Shown: positions 37,692 through 48,149, numbered from the stretch's first letter. The stretch is 64,000 bases of DNA from Nitrospira sp. UBA5698 (GCA_002420115.1 DIHK01000007.1:60136-124135), one strand, 5' to 3'. A program made the numbers and translations. Notes: a model not told the origin generated them from the sequence alone.

Positions 37692-37848
37692 TTGTCATCA
37701 TGATCGGGTAAAACCTCAAGTGAGACTTTTATGAAGGAACAGATATTAGATGATCTTGGCCTGGAGAACTGGTCAGTTCTTACGAGTGTTCCGGATTGTC
37801 CTCTTGGGAGGGCATTGTCTTGAGGCCAAGGTTCTGGGGTAGGAATGG

Positions 37849-38499
37849 CTAATTCTCTGGAACCGGATTTCGACCGGTTTGGCCGCGAAGGGCCTTGATT
37901 GCGAGCATACGCCGAACAATGGAGCGTGCCTCACACCAGATTTTCTCAGGCACGTCGTCGATGGGCATGTTGACCTCACTCTGGGGAACGTCTAACTTGC
38001 TATCCTGATGTGCTTTCGTTGTCATCATGGTCGAAGCCAGATCGGCTGCAGCGACACGGCGGAGGATATCTTCCAGGGGTGGAAGCGCAAGTTGTGGTGG
38101 GAGGGATTCACCACGGGATTGTATCGTTCTGATCTGATGTGAAGGCACTTGGTCGGTGGCTTGCGACATCCACATGAGTCCGAGTTTGTGTCGAAGGAAC
38201 TCCGCAACCCACGCTTGATCATCCGGAGCGATCTCATTCGCTTCAATGGCAAACTCCTGATCCTTTACCCATAGCACGATTGCACGATGAATGCACAATG
38301 GGGTGGCCCTGCCCGGGACTGACACCTTCAAGGTCAGTTGCATGCCCGCTATGACTGGCATTGAGCCGGTGACTCGCCAACCACGAGTAGTCAGATCAAG
38401 GACGGTCCCTTCTGCGACAAATGCACCATCTCCGTACAGCACGGGCCAGCTCACGGGAAATCGACTATGTCGCCGTATGGGATCCGTTCTATGACTCAT
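37849..38499 (-). CDS. PilZ-domain protein with C-terminal extension
   Basis: RRHSRFPV, DLTTRG, VLW..FAI. Confidence 0.8.
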   Translation of the reverse strand: MSHRTDPIRRHSRFPVSWPVLYGDGAFVAEGTVLDLTTRGWRVTGSMPVIAGMQLTLKVSVPGRATPLCIHRAIVLWVKDQEFAIEANEIAPDDQAWVAEFLRHKLGLMWMSQATDQVPSHQIRTIQSRGESLPPQLALPPLEDILRRVAAADLASTMMTTKAHQDSKLDVPQSEVNMPIDDVPEKIWCEARSIVRRMLAIKALRGQTGRNPVPEN

Positions 38500-38974
38500 A
38501 AACGCTCCCTGTCATCTGTGCCTATCAGGTTGGTAATGCAATGATAGCGGGGAGAGTAGCTGAGCATCTTCCTCAAAATATTTACCTCAAAAGAGGGGGT
38601 GTGGTTTTGAGTGAACAGCTGTGCTCTGCAAGTCCCTCTGCCTCACTGCAGCTTCAAGCATGAGACGCTGGATAGTGCACTGTTTGGGTGGTCAATGGCA
38701 AGTCCGATGTGATGTTAGAAGTCTTGTTCGCTATCCGAATTGGTGAAGAGCAAAGCCTCTCGGTGGTAGGGAACTAGAATGGTTCTTCAAGCTTGCACCC
38801 AGCCGAGATTGTAGGCCGCTAGTCGATGAATTGATGTGTCTTCTACGAATAGTCGAGGTAGGCGTGCTAGCCTCGTATCTTGGTAGAATGACGGACGATG
38901 GCCGGCGGCAAGCGACCCGATCAATGGTCATGATGATCAATTGGGAGCACCTGAGTCGAAAGGAGATGGTCGTC

Positions 38975-39265
38975 ATGGAGAGGCTTGTATTCCGAATAGT
39001 GGGCAGTCTGGTACTCTTGGTTGTGACGATGGTGAGTTGGCCTCGTTCCGTTTCCTCTCTTCCTCCGGTCCAAGGGGAAGTGATTACTGTGACAACAGGG
39101 ATTCCGGGAACCATGGTGATTCGAGACGACAAAGGGCAGCTCCACATTCTGAATCTTACCCAGCAGACTCAACTTGGGGCTCAGTTTAAGGTGGGGGATA
39201 AGGTGCTAGCCTTCTTCAGTCCCTATGGCGTCAGTGCAGTCCAACTCCAGGGGGGAAATCGATAA
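38975..39265 (+). CDS. Small exported OB-fold-like protein
   Basis: AAGGAG RBS, signal peptide, FKVGDKV. Confidence 0.55.
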   Translation: MERLVFRIVGSLVLLVVTMVSWPRSVSSLPPVQGEVITVTTGIPGTMVIRDDKGQLHILNLTQQTQLGAQFKVGDKVLAFFSPYGVSAVQLQGGNR

Positions 39266-39327
39266 CAGGGCTCGTGTGAATACGTGCGATAGATCGGACT
39301 ATCCTCCACCTCATACGGGCGCATCCT

Positions 39328-39546
39328 TCACCGCCGAGTTGCGGTCAGCAGTCCTGCAAGACCGAGAAGTACCCCGAGGATGACCAGGAATGAGGATGTG
39401 TCCGGCAGACTGGTATCCTGAGATGGTGACCAGTCAACGCAAATGCCGAGTGCGATCAAGACGGTACTCAAGGCCAGCATGACCTTCCAGCGGAGCGCGA
39501 AGCGCTGATTGTTCTCGACCGTATCTTCCTGCATTCCATCCGGCAT
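39328..39546 (-). CDS. Small two-TM membrane protein
   Basis: Two hydrophobic segments. Confidence 0.55.
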   Translation of the reverse strand: MPDGMQEDTVENNQRFALRWKVMLALSTVLIALGICVDWSPSQDTSLPDTSSFLVILGVLLGLAGLLTATRR

Positions 39547-39661
39547 AGACTTTCCTCGGCTTACAAACTGCTAGCATGGCGAATGGGATTGCCGACGGTC
39601 AAGGCGAAGTCTTACCCTTGTCGGGAGCTCCTCCAAGAGCGTATCTTTACGCCTGGTCAGA

Positions 39662-40510
39662 TTGAAGGCATCACGTGAGTGTTGCATGGAGAGTTTAAAA
39701 AAGAGCTGGGTGTGGTTCTGGCAGCAAAGCGTCCTCAGTAAAGTCGCCATCCTCGGCCTCATTGCTGCCTTTGTCCCATTCGTGCTGCCGACGGTCGTGG
39801 CCTGGTTTAGGCCGACGATGATTCACGTTGGGGTGTCGTTCTACACCTATGAACGGGGGATTCAGCCACAGGGTATGAATACACTGTATTTCTTTGAACG
39901 CCGTAATCTCGTTTCAGATTGCAGCATCCGACGGGAGGAGCAGTCCATCCCGAAGGGACGGGCGAAGTCGCTCGATCCAGAGAGCTGGGTGCTCATCAAG
40001 CTTCTGCTTGAAAATGTGTCCAATCGTGACCTGACGAACCTTCGCGTCGGTGTACGGTCTCCCGCCATCAATCAGGCGACGCGGTTGACGGCCGCTCCCA
40101 CCTTGGTGGTGACCGGGAACAAGGAAGCACCTCCCGACGTGAAGCCATTGTACGTGATCTCAATTGCGACCTTGCCGGCAGAAAGTTCGGTGGTGGTGAC
40201 CTTGAAGACATCCGTCGACGACAATTTGCGGGACTTTGTTTATGTCAAACGTCGTCCTGTAACCATCCAAGTCCCATATGTTTCGGCAGAGCAATTCAGA
40301 GAGTATCCTCCGATTGTTTCCCGCACGAATGCGGTGAGAATGTTGAATCGGGAAGGGGTCTTGCGAAGCCGTAATGACGGTTTCTCCGACGAAACACTTC
40401 AAGTCATGATGTTGTCTTCGAACGAGCCCACGCGGGAAGACGGAGAGATCTCCTATCATCCTCTCCCGAGAGCGAAGGTGTGTTCAGAAGCGGAGGCGGG
40501 TGCGTGGTGA
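39662..40510 (+). CDS. Membrane-anchored hypothetical protein
   Basis: N-terminal TM helix, long ORF. Confidence 0.65.
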   Translation: MKASRECCMESLKKSWVWFWQQSVLSKVAILGLIAAFVPFVLPTVVAWFRPTMIHVGVSFYTYERGIQPQGMNTLYFFERRNLVSDCSIRREEQSIPKGRAKSLDPESWVLIKLLLENVSNRDLTNLRVGVRSPAINQATRLTAAPTLVVTGNKEAPPDVKPLYVISIATLPAESSVVVTLKTSVDDNLRDFVYVKRRPVTIQVPYVSAEQFREYPPIVSRTNAVRMLNREGVLRSRNDGFSDETLQVMMLSSNEPTREDGEISYHPLPRAKVCSEAEAGAW

Positions 40511-40551
40511 TTGTTAGTCTTGACCGATGAAGGTGTACAAAAGTAGAAACC

Positions 40552-41850
40552 TTATTCGAGTGATGAGGCTGGGTGAGTGGAAGTCTTCTCCTCGAGAAGG
40601 CTCCGGATCACTGACTTCCCGGCCAGCCAGCCTGTTGTCCAGGCCCATTGAAAATTGAACCCACCGATTCTGCCGTCACAATCAAGCATTTCCCCAAGGA
40701 GGTAAAGCCCGGCGATCAGTTTCGACTCCATTGTTCGATAGTTAATTTCCTCAAGTGGAACCCCGCCGGCGGTAACTTCCGCCACGTTCCATCCACGGTC
40801 ACCGATAATCGGAAAATGAAAGTGAGTGAGTGCATTCAATAACTGATCGCGAGTGGGGCGTGGGACCTGGGCCACCGCTCTTTGCGATTCACAGCCCTGG
40901 TAACGACAGAGGGATTCGGCAAAGCGATCCGGGACCAGGGATGACAACGTTCGAACCAGTGAGCGTCTGGGATGCTGAGCTGCCTGGGCAACGAACCATG
41001 CTCGAAGTTCATCAGCCGACTGTCCGGGAACAAAGTTGCCGTACATTTCGACGACGGTGCCCTGTTTCGTGGCCAAGGTCCAGAAGCGGCTGGCATCTAG
41101 GACCACGGGGCCACTGATTCCAACGTGGGTCCAGAGAAGGCTTCCCGTTCGACGGTCCACTTCTCGCTTCTCTACCAGTGTCGTGAGTTCCACCTCATGG
41201 GAGAGGCCTGAGAGAGTAGTCTGGAACATAGAGTGGTCAAGTACCAGTGGAACTAAGGCTGGTGCGGTCGAAGTGATCTGATGCCCAAACCTGCGCGCCA
41301 ACTGAAACCCGAATCCGTCGCTCCCAGTTCTCGGTAACGATTGACCGCCGGTGGCAAGCATGACGTGAGAGGCATGTGTGATGCCATGGCTGTGTTGTAC
41401 GAGAAACCCGGTGTTGGTGCGGGAAATTGCATCGACACGGTGGTCCGGACAGATCGTCACGCCGGCGCGTCGAGCGCTGTCGATCAATGCCTGAAGCACG
41501 GTGCGTGCCTTGTCAGTTACGGGAAAGAGCTTACCCGTCGGTTCATGCTTCAACTCAACGCCGAGGGAAGCGAACCAGGCGACCGTTTGCTCAACCGGAA
41601 AAGCCGCCAGCACATTCCGGATGATGTTGCGATTCCCGAAAAAATCTTTCGGTGTCACAACGTCGTGAGTCACGTTACATCGTCCCCCGCCTGAGACAAG
41701 AATCTTCGCTCCGATCTGTTTCGCACCGTCCAGTAAGAGGACACGGCCGTCGACTTTTTCCTGTGCGAGCGTTTGTGCTGCAGCGATCGCGCCGGTCAAG
41801 CCAGCTGCGCCTGCACCCACGATGACGATAGTGGCAGGGTGATCGGTCAT
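40552..41850 (-). CDS. HI0933/BaiN-family flavoprotein
   Basis: GAGAAG, KILVSGGGRCNVT, ATGG, VTAGGV, GGFNFQWAW. Confidence 0.93.
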   Translation of the reverse strand: MTDHPATIVIVGAGAAGLTGAIAAAQTLAQEKVDGRVLLLDGAKQIGAKILVSGGGRCNVTHDVVTPKDFFGNRNIIRNVLAAFPVEQTVAWFASLGVELKHEPTGKLFPVTDKARTVLQALIDSARRAGVTICPDHRVDAISRTNTGFLVQHSHGITHASHVMLATGGQSLPRTGSDGFGFQLARRFGHQITSTAPALVPLVLDHSMFQTTLSGLSHEVELTTLVEKREVDRRTGSLLWTHVGISGPVVLDASRFWTLATKQGTVVEMYGNFVPGQSADELRAWFVAQAAQHPRRSLVRTLSSLVPDRFAESLCRYQGCESQRAVAQVPRPTRDQLLNALTHFHFPIIGDRGWNVAEVTAGGVPLEEINYRTMESKLIAGLYLLGEMLDCDGRIGGFNFQWAWTTGWLAGKSVIRSLLEEKTSTHPASSLE

Positions 41851-42083
41851 TTCATCACTGCTTCTTCATAGGATGTTATTGGTGTAGGCCTATTTATGCA
41901 ATTTCTGTAAGAGGGCCGCACGCTGTGTTCTATCGAAACGTTGGCAGGGAGCTGCATGAGAGGGCATGACAAATTTTCTGATGATATGTGTGAATAAGCC
42001 ACTCATGATTTCGTGCAAGATTTTGAAAACAGAGAAGGAACTCCCGTTTCAGCGAAGGAGACAGGAAAGAATATTAGATAGTT

Positions 42084-42110
42084 TTAACTGACGGTTAACA
42101 CGATGTTAAT
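42084..42110 (+). promoter_or_regulatory. Three TTAA(C/T) direct repeats at 11-bp period (OmpR/PhoB-family-like box)
   Basis: TTAAC 42084, TTAAC 42095, TTAAT 42106. Confidence 0.5.
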
Positions 42111-42159
42111 GTTTCAGTGTTAAGAGAGACTGGTCATCATTATCAGGAGGAGGGACTCC

Positions 42160-42315
42160 ATGACTTGTCGAAAATGCAAAGGCTTGATGATTCAAGAGCG
42201 TCAACCAGCGGTGTCTTCCAGTACCGTCATTCTTCGTTGTCTGAATTGCGGCTTGATCATTGATCCATTGATTGAGCTGAATCGCAGCAACCATATGCGG
42301 GTGAAGGCCGCGTAG
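42160..42315 (+). CDS. Small zinc-ribbon protein, 51 aa, paralog of 34793 (absent from ORF track)
   Basis: MTCRKCKGLM..RCLNCGLIIDPLI..KAA; AGGAGG RBS. Confidence 0.8.
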   Translation: MTCRKCKGLMIQERQPAVSSSTVILRCLNCGLIIDPLIELNRSNHMRVKAA

Positions 42316-42390
42316 AAGAGACTCTCCATTCCACCCTACCGAGTAACGGTGGAATCGACAGTTCTCATGGAGTGGGTGTCGCGTGCGCGG

Positions 42391-43164
42391 TCAGATCGAA
42401 AACTCTGCCCACAAAAATGTATGGTCGGAAGGTTCTTTCGCTCGTCGCGGCTCGACATCCACATCCGCCTTCACGCATTTCTCAGCCAGCGGTGTGGTCG
42501 CCATCATATGATCAATGCGCCAGCCCTTGTTGGCTGCCAGCGAGCTGGGCGCACGGTAGTCCCAAAATGTGTATTGTTGACGCGTTGGGTAGAGTTTCAC
42601 GAAGACATCCTGGAATCCCCAGGCGACGGTCTGTTCATACGCAGCACGGGCTGCCTCATGGTAACACACATGATTGAGATGTTTCTCAGGGCTGTGGACG
42701 TCCATGGGCCGAGGTGCCACGTTCATATCTCCACACCAGATGGCCGGAGCCTGTGGTGAAAGATGTTTGGTAAAGTAGTTCCGTAGTCGCTCATACCAAC
42801 CAAGCTTGTAGGTGTATTTCGGGGAATCAATTTCAAATCCCTGCGGCACATAGGTGTTTACGATGGGAATCCCATCAATGATGACTCTCAGTAAACGAGA
42901 GTCGTCCGGCTCCCCACCATCATCGAATCCGTAAAAGACCGCTTCCGGCTTGTGACGGCTGAGAATGGCGACGCCGTTATAAGATTTCATGCCGCGAAAG
43001 GTAATGGCATACCCGCTGGGGGCTAATGCCAGTAACGGGAATTCACTATCCTGAACCTTGGTTTCTTGCAGACAAAGGACATCCGGCTGGTGCTGTTCAA
43101 GCCAGGCGAGCACGATCGGCAGCCGCTTGCGTAAGGAATTCGCATTGAACGTCGCGATTTTCAT
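42391..43164 (-). CDS. xth: Exodeoxyribonuclease III
   Basis: TFNANS, LQETK, GDMNVA, RIDH, SDH. Confidence 0.95.
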   Translation of the reverse strand: MKIATFNANSLRKRLPIVLAWLEQHQPDVLCLQETKVQDSEFPLLALAPSGYAITFRGMKSYNGVAILSRHKPEAVFYGFDDGGEPDDSRLLRVIIDGIPIVNTYVPQGFEIDSPKYTYKLGWYERLRNYFTKHLSPQAPAIWCGDMNVAPRPMDVHSPEKHLNHVCYHEAARAAYEQTVAWGFQDVFVKLYPTRQQYTFWDYRAPSSLAANKGWRIDHMMATTPLAEKCVKADVDVEPRRAKEPSDHTFLWAEFSI

Positions 43165-43247
43165 CGGAAGATGCTCCAGTCAACCTGTCGCATCCTAACA
43201 AAAGCACTCTGAGGCAACAAGCAGAACGAAGACCCTATCAAAGTTGG

Positions 43248-44156
43248 TTATCCGGCTACCATGCTGAGACCAGGGATCTGTAAGGCTCTGACGGCTTCCT
43301 GTAGGACTTCGACTACTTGTGGGCGGGTGTAGCCTCGGCGCCAGGCGAGGCCGATCCGTCGGCCAGGTACGGGCTGCGCCAGCTTGATCGCAATCAGGCG
43401 CTTGTGTTGGTACTTGACTGTGAGGGCACTGCAAGGCATCACGGTAATCCCAAAGCCAGAGACGACCATCTGTCGGATGGTTTCTAGGGAGTTTCCTTGC
43501 CAACCTTCTGCGTCGGAGCGGCTGAGTTCAGGACATGCCTCCAGGACTTGTTGTCGGAAGCAATGACCGGCATGAGGCAACAGGACTTTCTCAGTGCCTA
43601 ATTGTCGGGAATCGAGAGACTTCTTTTTCTGCCACGGATGTCCGACGGGGACCACAACCTGAAACGGTTCATCATAGAGGGCGGCGGTGAGTATGCCCAG
43701 TTCCTCGAAGGGAAGGGCGATCATGATGACATCGAGTTTTCCACTCTTCAACATCCCAGCCAAGTTCTGCGTGAGATTTTCTTCAAGTTCGAGCGGCATT
43801 TTGGGTGCCCGTGCGTTCAGCAATGGAACCAGATCAGGAAGGATATACGGTCCTACTGTCGCGATCACTCCGAGCCGCAGAAGCCCATTCAACTGATCTT
43901 TGCCTTGAGCAGCCAAGATCTTGATTCGCTCGGCTTCTTCCAAAACTCGTTGAGCCTGATGAACGATTTGTTCGCCAAGCGGAGTCAGTTCCACCTTGTT
44001 CTGTCGACGCTCAAAAATGGTCGTGCCTAAGTCGTCCTCCAGTTTTTTGATCGCGAGACTTAAGGCTGGCTGTGTGACGAAGACTCGAACGGCAGCCCGG
44101 CCGAAATGTCGTTCTTGTGCGACGGCCACAACATATTGCAGCTCAGCAAGCGTCAT
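43248..44156 (-). CDS. oxyR: OxyR-type LysR regulator
   Basis: LysR HTH; GHCFRQQVLEAC with both redox cysteines. Confidence 0.85.
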   Translation of the reverse strand: MTLAELQYVVAVAQERHFGRAAVRVFVTQPALSLAIKKLEDDLGTTIFERRQNKVELTPLGEQIVHQAQRVLEEAERIKILAAQGKDQLNGLLRLGVIATVGPYILPDLVPLLNARAPKMPLELEENLTQNLAGMLKSGKLDVIMIALPFEELGILTAALYDEPFQVVVPVGHPWQKKKSLDSRQLGTEKVLLPHAGHCFRQQVLEACPELSRSDAEGWQGNSLETIRQMVVSGFGITVMPCSALTVKYQHKRLIAIKLAQPVPGRRIGLAWRRGYTRPQVVEVLQEAVRALQIPGLSMVAG

Positions 44157-44179
44157 CCGTTCTCCCGGACTTTCAGCCT

Positions 44180-44194
44180 ATAAGCGCGGCTTAT
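44180..44194. promoter_or_regulatory. LysR/OxyR-type box ATAA-N7-TTAT
   Basis: ATAAGCGCGGCTTAT ~24 bp upstream of the oxyR start. Confidence 0.45.
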
Positions 44195-44537
44195 GTCCGG
44201 ACAATACATTATCAATTGGACTAAGTACAGCAGCCAGAGTATCTTCCACTCATGCAGGTGGATGACTTTCGGAATATTCCAGTCCGCGGGTCATGGTGTA
44301 TGTGTGGGATCATCGACAGGCATCAGATTGTCTCGACGATGACGTTTCCGCTCAAGATCAACCGATTGAGTCGATGGGACAAGTCATGGTATGACAAGCT
44401 CAAACCGCAGTTCCGTGAAGCGTTCACGACGGTCTCGATGACGGCCGAGAACGATCAGCTGGAACAAGCGCGATGGAGTGAGTGAGCCAAGGGTGGGCAT
44501 CAACACACACATCAACGTGTGCAGAGAGGAGGATGTA

Positions 44538-45620
44538 ATGGTACAGAAGACGATAGCAGGGAGCCGACTGTTCATAGGGGCATTGGCATGTGGACTGGTG
44601 GTGGCCATGCCGCTTGTCCCTGTGATTGGCGTAGAAGGACCGGGGCACAAGGTGTTTGCGGCAGAACCGGTGACCCTGCCGACGATCCCGGGGTTAGAGG
44701 ATCCGAATACGTATGTGCCGGCTGACAATCCGCTTACGAAGGAGAAGATTGAACTAGGACGGGCGATCTTCTTCGATAAGCGTATGTCAAAGGACAACAC
44801 GATCGCGTGCGCCAGTTGCCATATGGCGAAGAAGGGATTCGCGGACGGCATGCCCGTGTCGACCGGAATCAAGGGCCAGAAGGGCGGCAGAAGTGCGCCG
44901 GTGTCATTCAATCGGGTCTACAGTAAAGCCCAGTTTTGGGATGGTCGAGCGGCGACGCTGGAAGATCAGTCCATCGGGCCATTTGCAAACCCCATTGAGC
45001 ACGGGTTTGCCAACCATGACGAAATGGTGGCCAAGATGAAGAAGATGCCTGGCTATCGCAAGCTCTTTCAGGAGGTCTTCGGGGGGGAGATCACGATTCA
45101 GGATGTCGGTCGAGCGGTGGCCAGCTTCCAGCGGACGGTGTTGTCTGGAAACAGCGCGGTGGACAAGTACGACATTGGCGGAGATCAAAATGCCTTGAGC
45201 GATTCTGCGAAGCGTGGGCTTGAGCTGTTCCGCGGGAAAGCCCGTTGTACGCGCTGTCATTCCGGATTCAACTTCACGGACGAGAAGTTCCACAATTTGG
45301 GAATCGGCTGGGATGACAATAAGGTCGATCTCGGTCGATACATGGAGACAAAGAATCCAGAAGACATCGGGGCTTTTAAGACTCCCACCTTGCGAGAAAT
45401 TGCGCGGACTGCTCCCTATATGCACGATGGGCGGTTTAAGTCCTTGGAGGAAGTCGTGAAGTTCTACAACCAGGGTGGCGTGAAGAATCCGCACCAAGAC
45501 AATACAATCATCCCTTTGGAAATGACGGATGACGAACAACAGGATTTGGTGGCGATGCTCAAGTCGCTCAATGGCGAGGGATGGCAGCATGTTGCCCCGC
45601 CGAAGTCGTATCCAAAATAA
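44538..45620 (+). CDS. Di-heme cytochrome c peroxidase (CcP/MauG family)
   Basis: CASCH and CTRCH, QFWDGRA, FKTPTLR, APYMHDG; GAGGAGG RBS. Confidence 0.93.
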   Translation: MVQKTIAGSRLFIGALACGLVVAMPLVPVIGVEGPGHKVFAAEPVTLPTIPGLEDPNTYVPADNPLTKEKIELGRAIFFDKRMSKDNTIACASCHMAKKGFADGMPVSTGIKGQKGGRSAPVSFNRVYSKAQFWDGRAATLEDQSIGPFANPIEHGFANHDEMVAKMKKMPGYRKLFQEVFGGEITIQDVGRAVASFQRTVLSGNSAVDKYDIGGDQNALSDSAKRGLELFRGKARCTRCHSGFNFTDEKFHNLGIGWDDNKVDLGRYMETKNPEDIGAFKTPTLREIARTAPYMHDGRFKSLEEVVKFYNQGGVKNPHQDNTIIPLEMTDDEQQDLVAMLKSLNGEGWQHVAPPKSYPK

Positions 45621-45652
45621 CTCGAACCGTTCACGATACTGAAGTGTAGGGG

Positions 45653-45679
45653 AGGGCCATCACAAGATGGCCCTTTTCT
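45653..45679 (+). terminator. Intrinsic terminator
   Basis: AGGGCCATC-ACAA-GATGGCCCT followed by a T run. Confidence 0.75.
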
Positions 45680-45680
45680 A

Positions 45681-46535
45681 TTAGGCCCGAGGCAAGGACT
45701 CCTGATTGTTCACGTGGAGAAGATAACGACGGATGATGGCCTGCTCAATGCGAGAGCGTCCCCGATCCGGAGCCGGAAATCGGAGTACCAGATGGATCTT
45801 GCCGGATTCCGGCAGTTGAATGGTGATGCGGGGTTCCGGGGAAGGGGCCTCGAGCAGATTCGCCTGTTCTAAGAGCTTCATGTGCCGGACAGCTTCTTCC
45901 ATGAACGGCGCACATTCGAGTTTCGCCGCTTCCAGGAGCACGCGCTCCGATCGTTGCCACTCGTCATCATTCTTGATCGGTACGACCACTGTATACAGCC
46001 CATACTCTTGTTCGGGGTTTTCTTTGATCAACGGGTTTGTAAAGAGCAAGCTGTTGGGGAACACAGTGACGCGTCCGGTGTACAGGTGAGCGGACTGCCC
46101 TGGGCCGATCTCCAATAGCTTCGTGGCGAACATGTCGTGGTCCAATACGACTCCGCGGTGGCCTGCGATCTGAATTCGATCGCCGACACCATAGACCTTG
46201 CCACCCATCCGAAGTGCCGCGCCGCTCCAACAGAGAATCAGCTCCTTGGTCGCCAGGACCATGGCGGCAGCCAACGCGACCAGCGATACGGCAAATGCCT
46301 GCAGTTCATGCGCCCAGATCATGACCAGGCCAATGAGGAAGGCGAAGACGACGGAATTTCTTGTCGTGACCACCCATCGACGTTTCGACTCCATCGACAG
46401 TGTCGGGTTCCCAGCAATCCACCGCACGATGAGTGTTCTGGCGACGATCAAGGTCAGCAGCAGAACCAGCGATTTCAAACTGTCCAACGCCACCACACTA
46501 TCGATGGAGAACCATTGGTTCTGAGGCACGGGCAT
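45681..46535 (-). CDS. MscS-family mechanosensitive channel
   Basis: TM helices, VGDRIQI..GVV, FPNS. Confidence 0.85.
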   Translation of the reverse strand: MPVPQNQWFSIDSVVALDSLKSLVLLLTLIVARTLIVRWIAGNPTLSMESKRRWVVTTRNSVVFAFLIGLVMIWAHELQAFAVSLVALAAAMVLATKELILCWSGAALRMGGKVYGVGDRIQIAGHRGVVLDHDMFATKLLEIGPGQSAHLYTGRVTVFPNSLLFTNPLIKENPEQEYGLYTVVVPIKNDDEWQRSERVLLEAAKLECAPFMEEAVRHMKLLEQANLLEAPSPEPRITIQLPESGKIHLVLRFPAPDRGRSRIEQAIIRRYLLHVNNQESLPRA

Positions 46536-46538
46536 CCT

Positions 46539-47036
46539 CTATTTGGCAGTCAGTGTCTCGCGGGTACCAGGAACGCATTCTTCCCGGCTCCAGTTCTTGA
46601 GGGTCTTGTCTTCTGCGAAGGTCAATGCATAGCGGTAACAATAGAGTGTCGGTTTGGTGGTCTCCGTCCCTTTGCCCATCATACTCGTGATTGAATTAGA
46701 GGCATCCCCGAGCATGGAGGATCTCCACGAAGTCAGGTCCTGTTCGCTGAGCGGGAAGCGATAGGTCCAGAGGCTGTCTCCGCCAAGCGCAGGCGTTTTT
46801 GCAGTATGTGGAGGACCAAGTCGTTCACGGATGTCCTCTTGCGTCAGCCGGCCAACCCCTTTCTTGAGGTAGGTATCGCGCCAGGGGCCGCCACATCCGG
46901 AGAGGCTCATCACGAGCGTGATGACCAGGGACCACAGAAGGAGCTGGGAACAGTTGTCGTGGGTGGAACACCTCGAACCAGGCATGCTGGAGCATACGCT
47001 ACACTGGACGATCGCCAAGTGCAACTCTCTTGGCAT
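46539..47036 (-). CDS. Lipoprotein, SmpA/BamE-like fold
   Basis: LSGC lipobox; EDIRERLGPP..WTY. Confidence 0.6.
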   Translation of the reverse strand: MPRELHLAIVQCSVCSSMPGSRCSTHDNCSQLLLWSLVITLVMSLSGCGGPWRDTYLKKGVGRLTQEDIRERLGPPHTAKTPALGGDSLWTYRFPLSEQDLTSWRSSMLGDASNSITSMMGKGTETTKPTLYCYRYALTFAEDKTLKNWSREECVPGTRETLTAK

Positions 47037-47128
47037 CTTCTGTGGCGGGGTCAGTCCGATGGATACAGCCCGCTGGGCGACTGGATTTATAGATGACTTT
47101 TCGGTACCTTACTCCGCGAGAGGAAGGA

Positions 47129-48058
47129 ATGGGCGCATTACGAATTCTTACCGTGTGTCTTGCTGGTTGGGGTTTTCTGTTTCTGCCCGATGGGTTCGCG
47201 ACAGCGGCCGAAAGCCGAGCAGCGAAACCTGAGACGCTGCTCGTTCAGGGGAAACCGCAGGACCTCAACGGGGCCAACGGCGAAACCAAATCCGGAGACA
47301 AGGGCAAATCTTCCACAAACAGATCTGCCGTCTCCTTTCCTGAACTCCATGGAAAAGATGGCGCACCGATGATGTTGGTGCCTGCCGGAGAATTTATTAT
47401 GGGAAGCGACAGGGGAGATGAAGACGAAGCCCCTGTGCATCGAGTGTATTTGAATACGTTCTACATCGATAAGTTTGAAGTCACGAATGCACGATTCGCC
47501 AAGTATGTCGAGGCGATCCAGAGTGAGCCGCCATGGGGATTTTCTGATAAAGAGACTCCGGTGGTTCATGCCGATCGTCCAGTGCGCTGGGTGAGCTGGA
47601 TGGATGCCATGGGGTACTGTCTCTGGGTCGGGAAGCGGCTTCCCACGGAAGCGGAGTGGGAAAAAGCTGCGCGCGGGACGGACGAGCGACTGTATCCATG
47701 GGGGAACGATCCACCGACACCGGTGCATGCCGTCTATGGACTCAAGGAAGGTGGTGCGGAGGCGGTGTCGGTCATCGGCGATCACCACATGGGGCAGAGC
47801 CCGTACGGGGTCCAGGACTTGGCCGGTAATCTCTACGAATGGGTGATGGACTGGTACGCGGAAGATTTTTATTCCAGCTTTATCAATAACCCCGCCATCA
47901 ATCCCCGTGGTCCCAGCGAGGGGACGGCAAAAGTCCAGCGGGGCGGGTCATACATCAACACCCCCTATCGACTTCGCTCATCGTTCCGGACCAAAGGCGA
48001 TCCAACTGAACAGGATCCGAACGTCGGTTTCCGTTGCGCACAGGGTGTTCCCAAGTAG
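47129..48058 (+). CDS. Formylglycine-generating enzyme (SUMF1/PvdO) family protein
   Basis: FIMGS, EVTN, RLPTEAEWEKAARG, DLAGNLYEW, GFRC. Confidence 0.92.
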   Translation: MGALRILTVCLAGWGFLFLPDGFATAAESRAAKPETLLVQGKPQDLNGANGETKSGDKGKSSTNRSAVSFPELHGKDGAPMMLVPAGEFIMGSDRGDEDEAPVHRVYLNTFYIDKFEVTNARFAKYVEAIQSEPPWGFSDKETPVVHADRPVRWVSWMDAMGYCLWVGKRLPTEAEWEKAARGTDERLYPWGNDPPTPVHAVYGLKEGGAEAVSVIGDHHMGQSPYGVQDLAGNLYEWVMDWYAEDFYSSFINNPAINPRGPSEGTAKVQRGGSYINTPYRLRSSFRTKGDPTEQDPNVGFRCAQGVPK

Positions 48059-48149
48059 CCGAAGTCTTGAACGATCTGGTCGGTGACCAGCATATCTTGT
48101 GGAACTGTCAGGCTAAGGGTCTAGGCTCACCACCACAAAGGAGTGGCTT

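Noticed and set aside
39575-39592. Sigma54-like TGGCGAATGGGATTGC
   Set aside because: GG-to-GC spacing is one base too long
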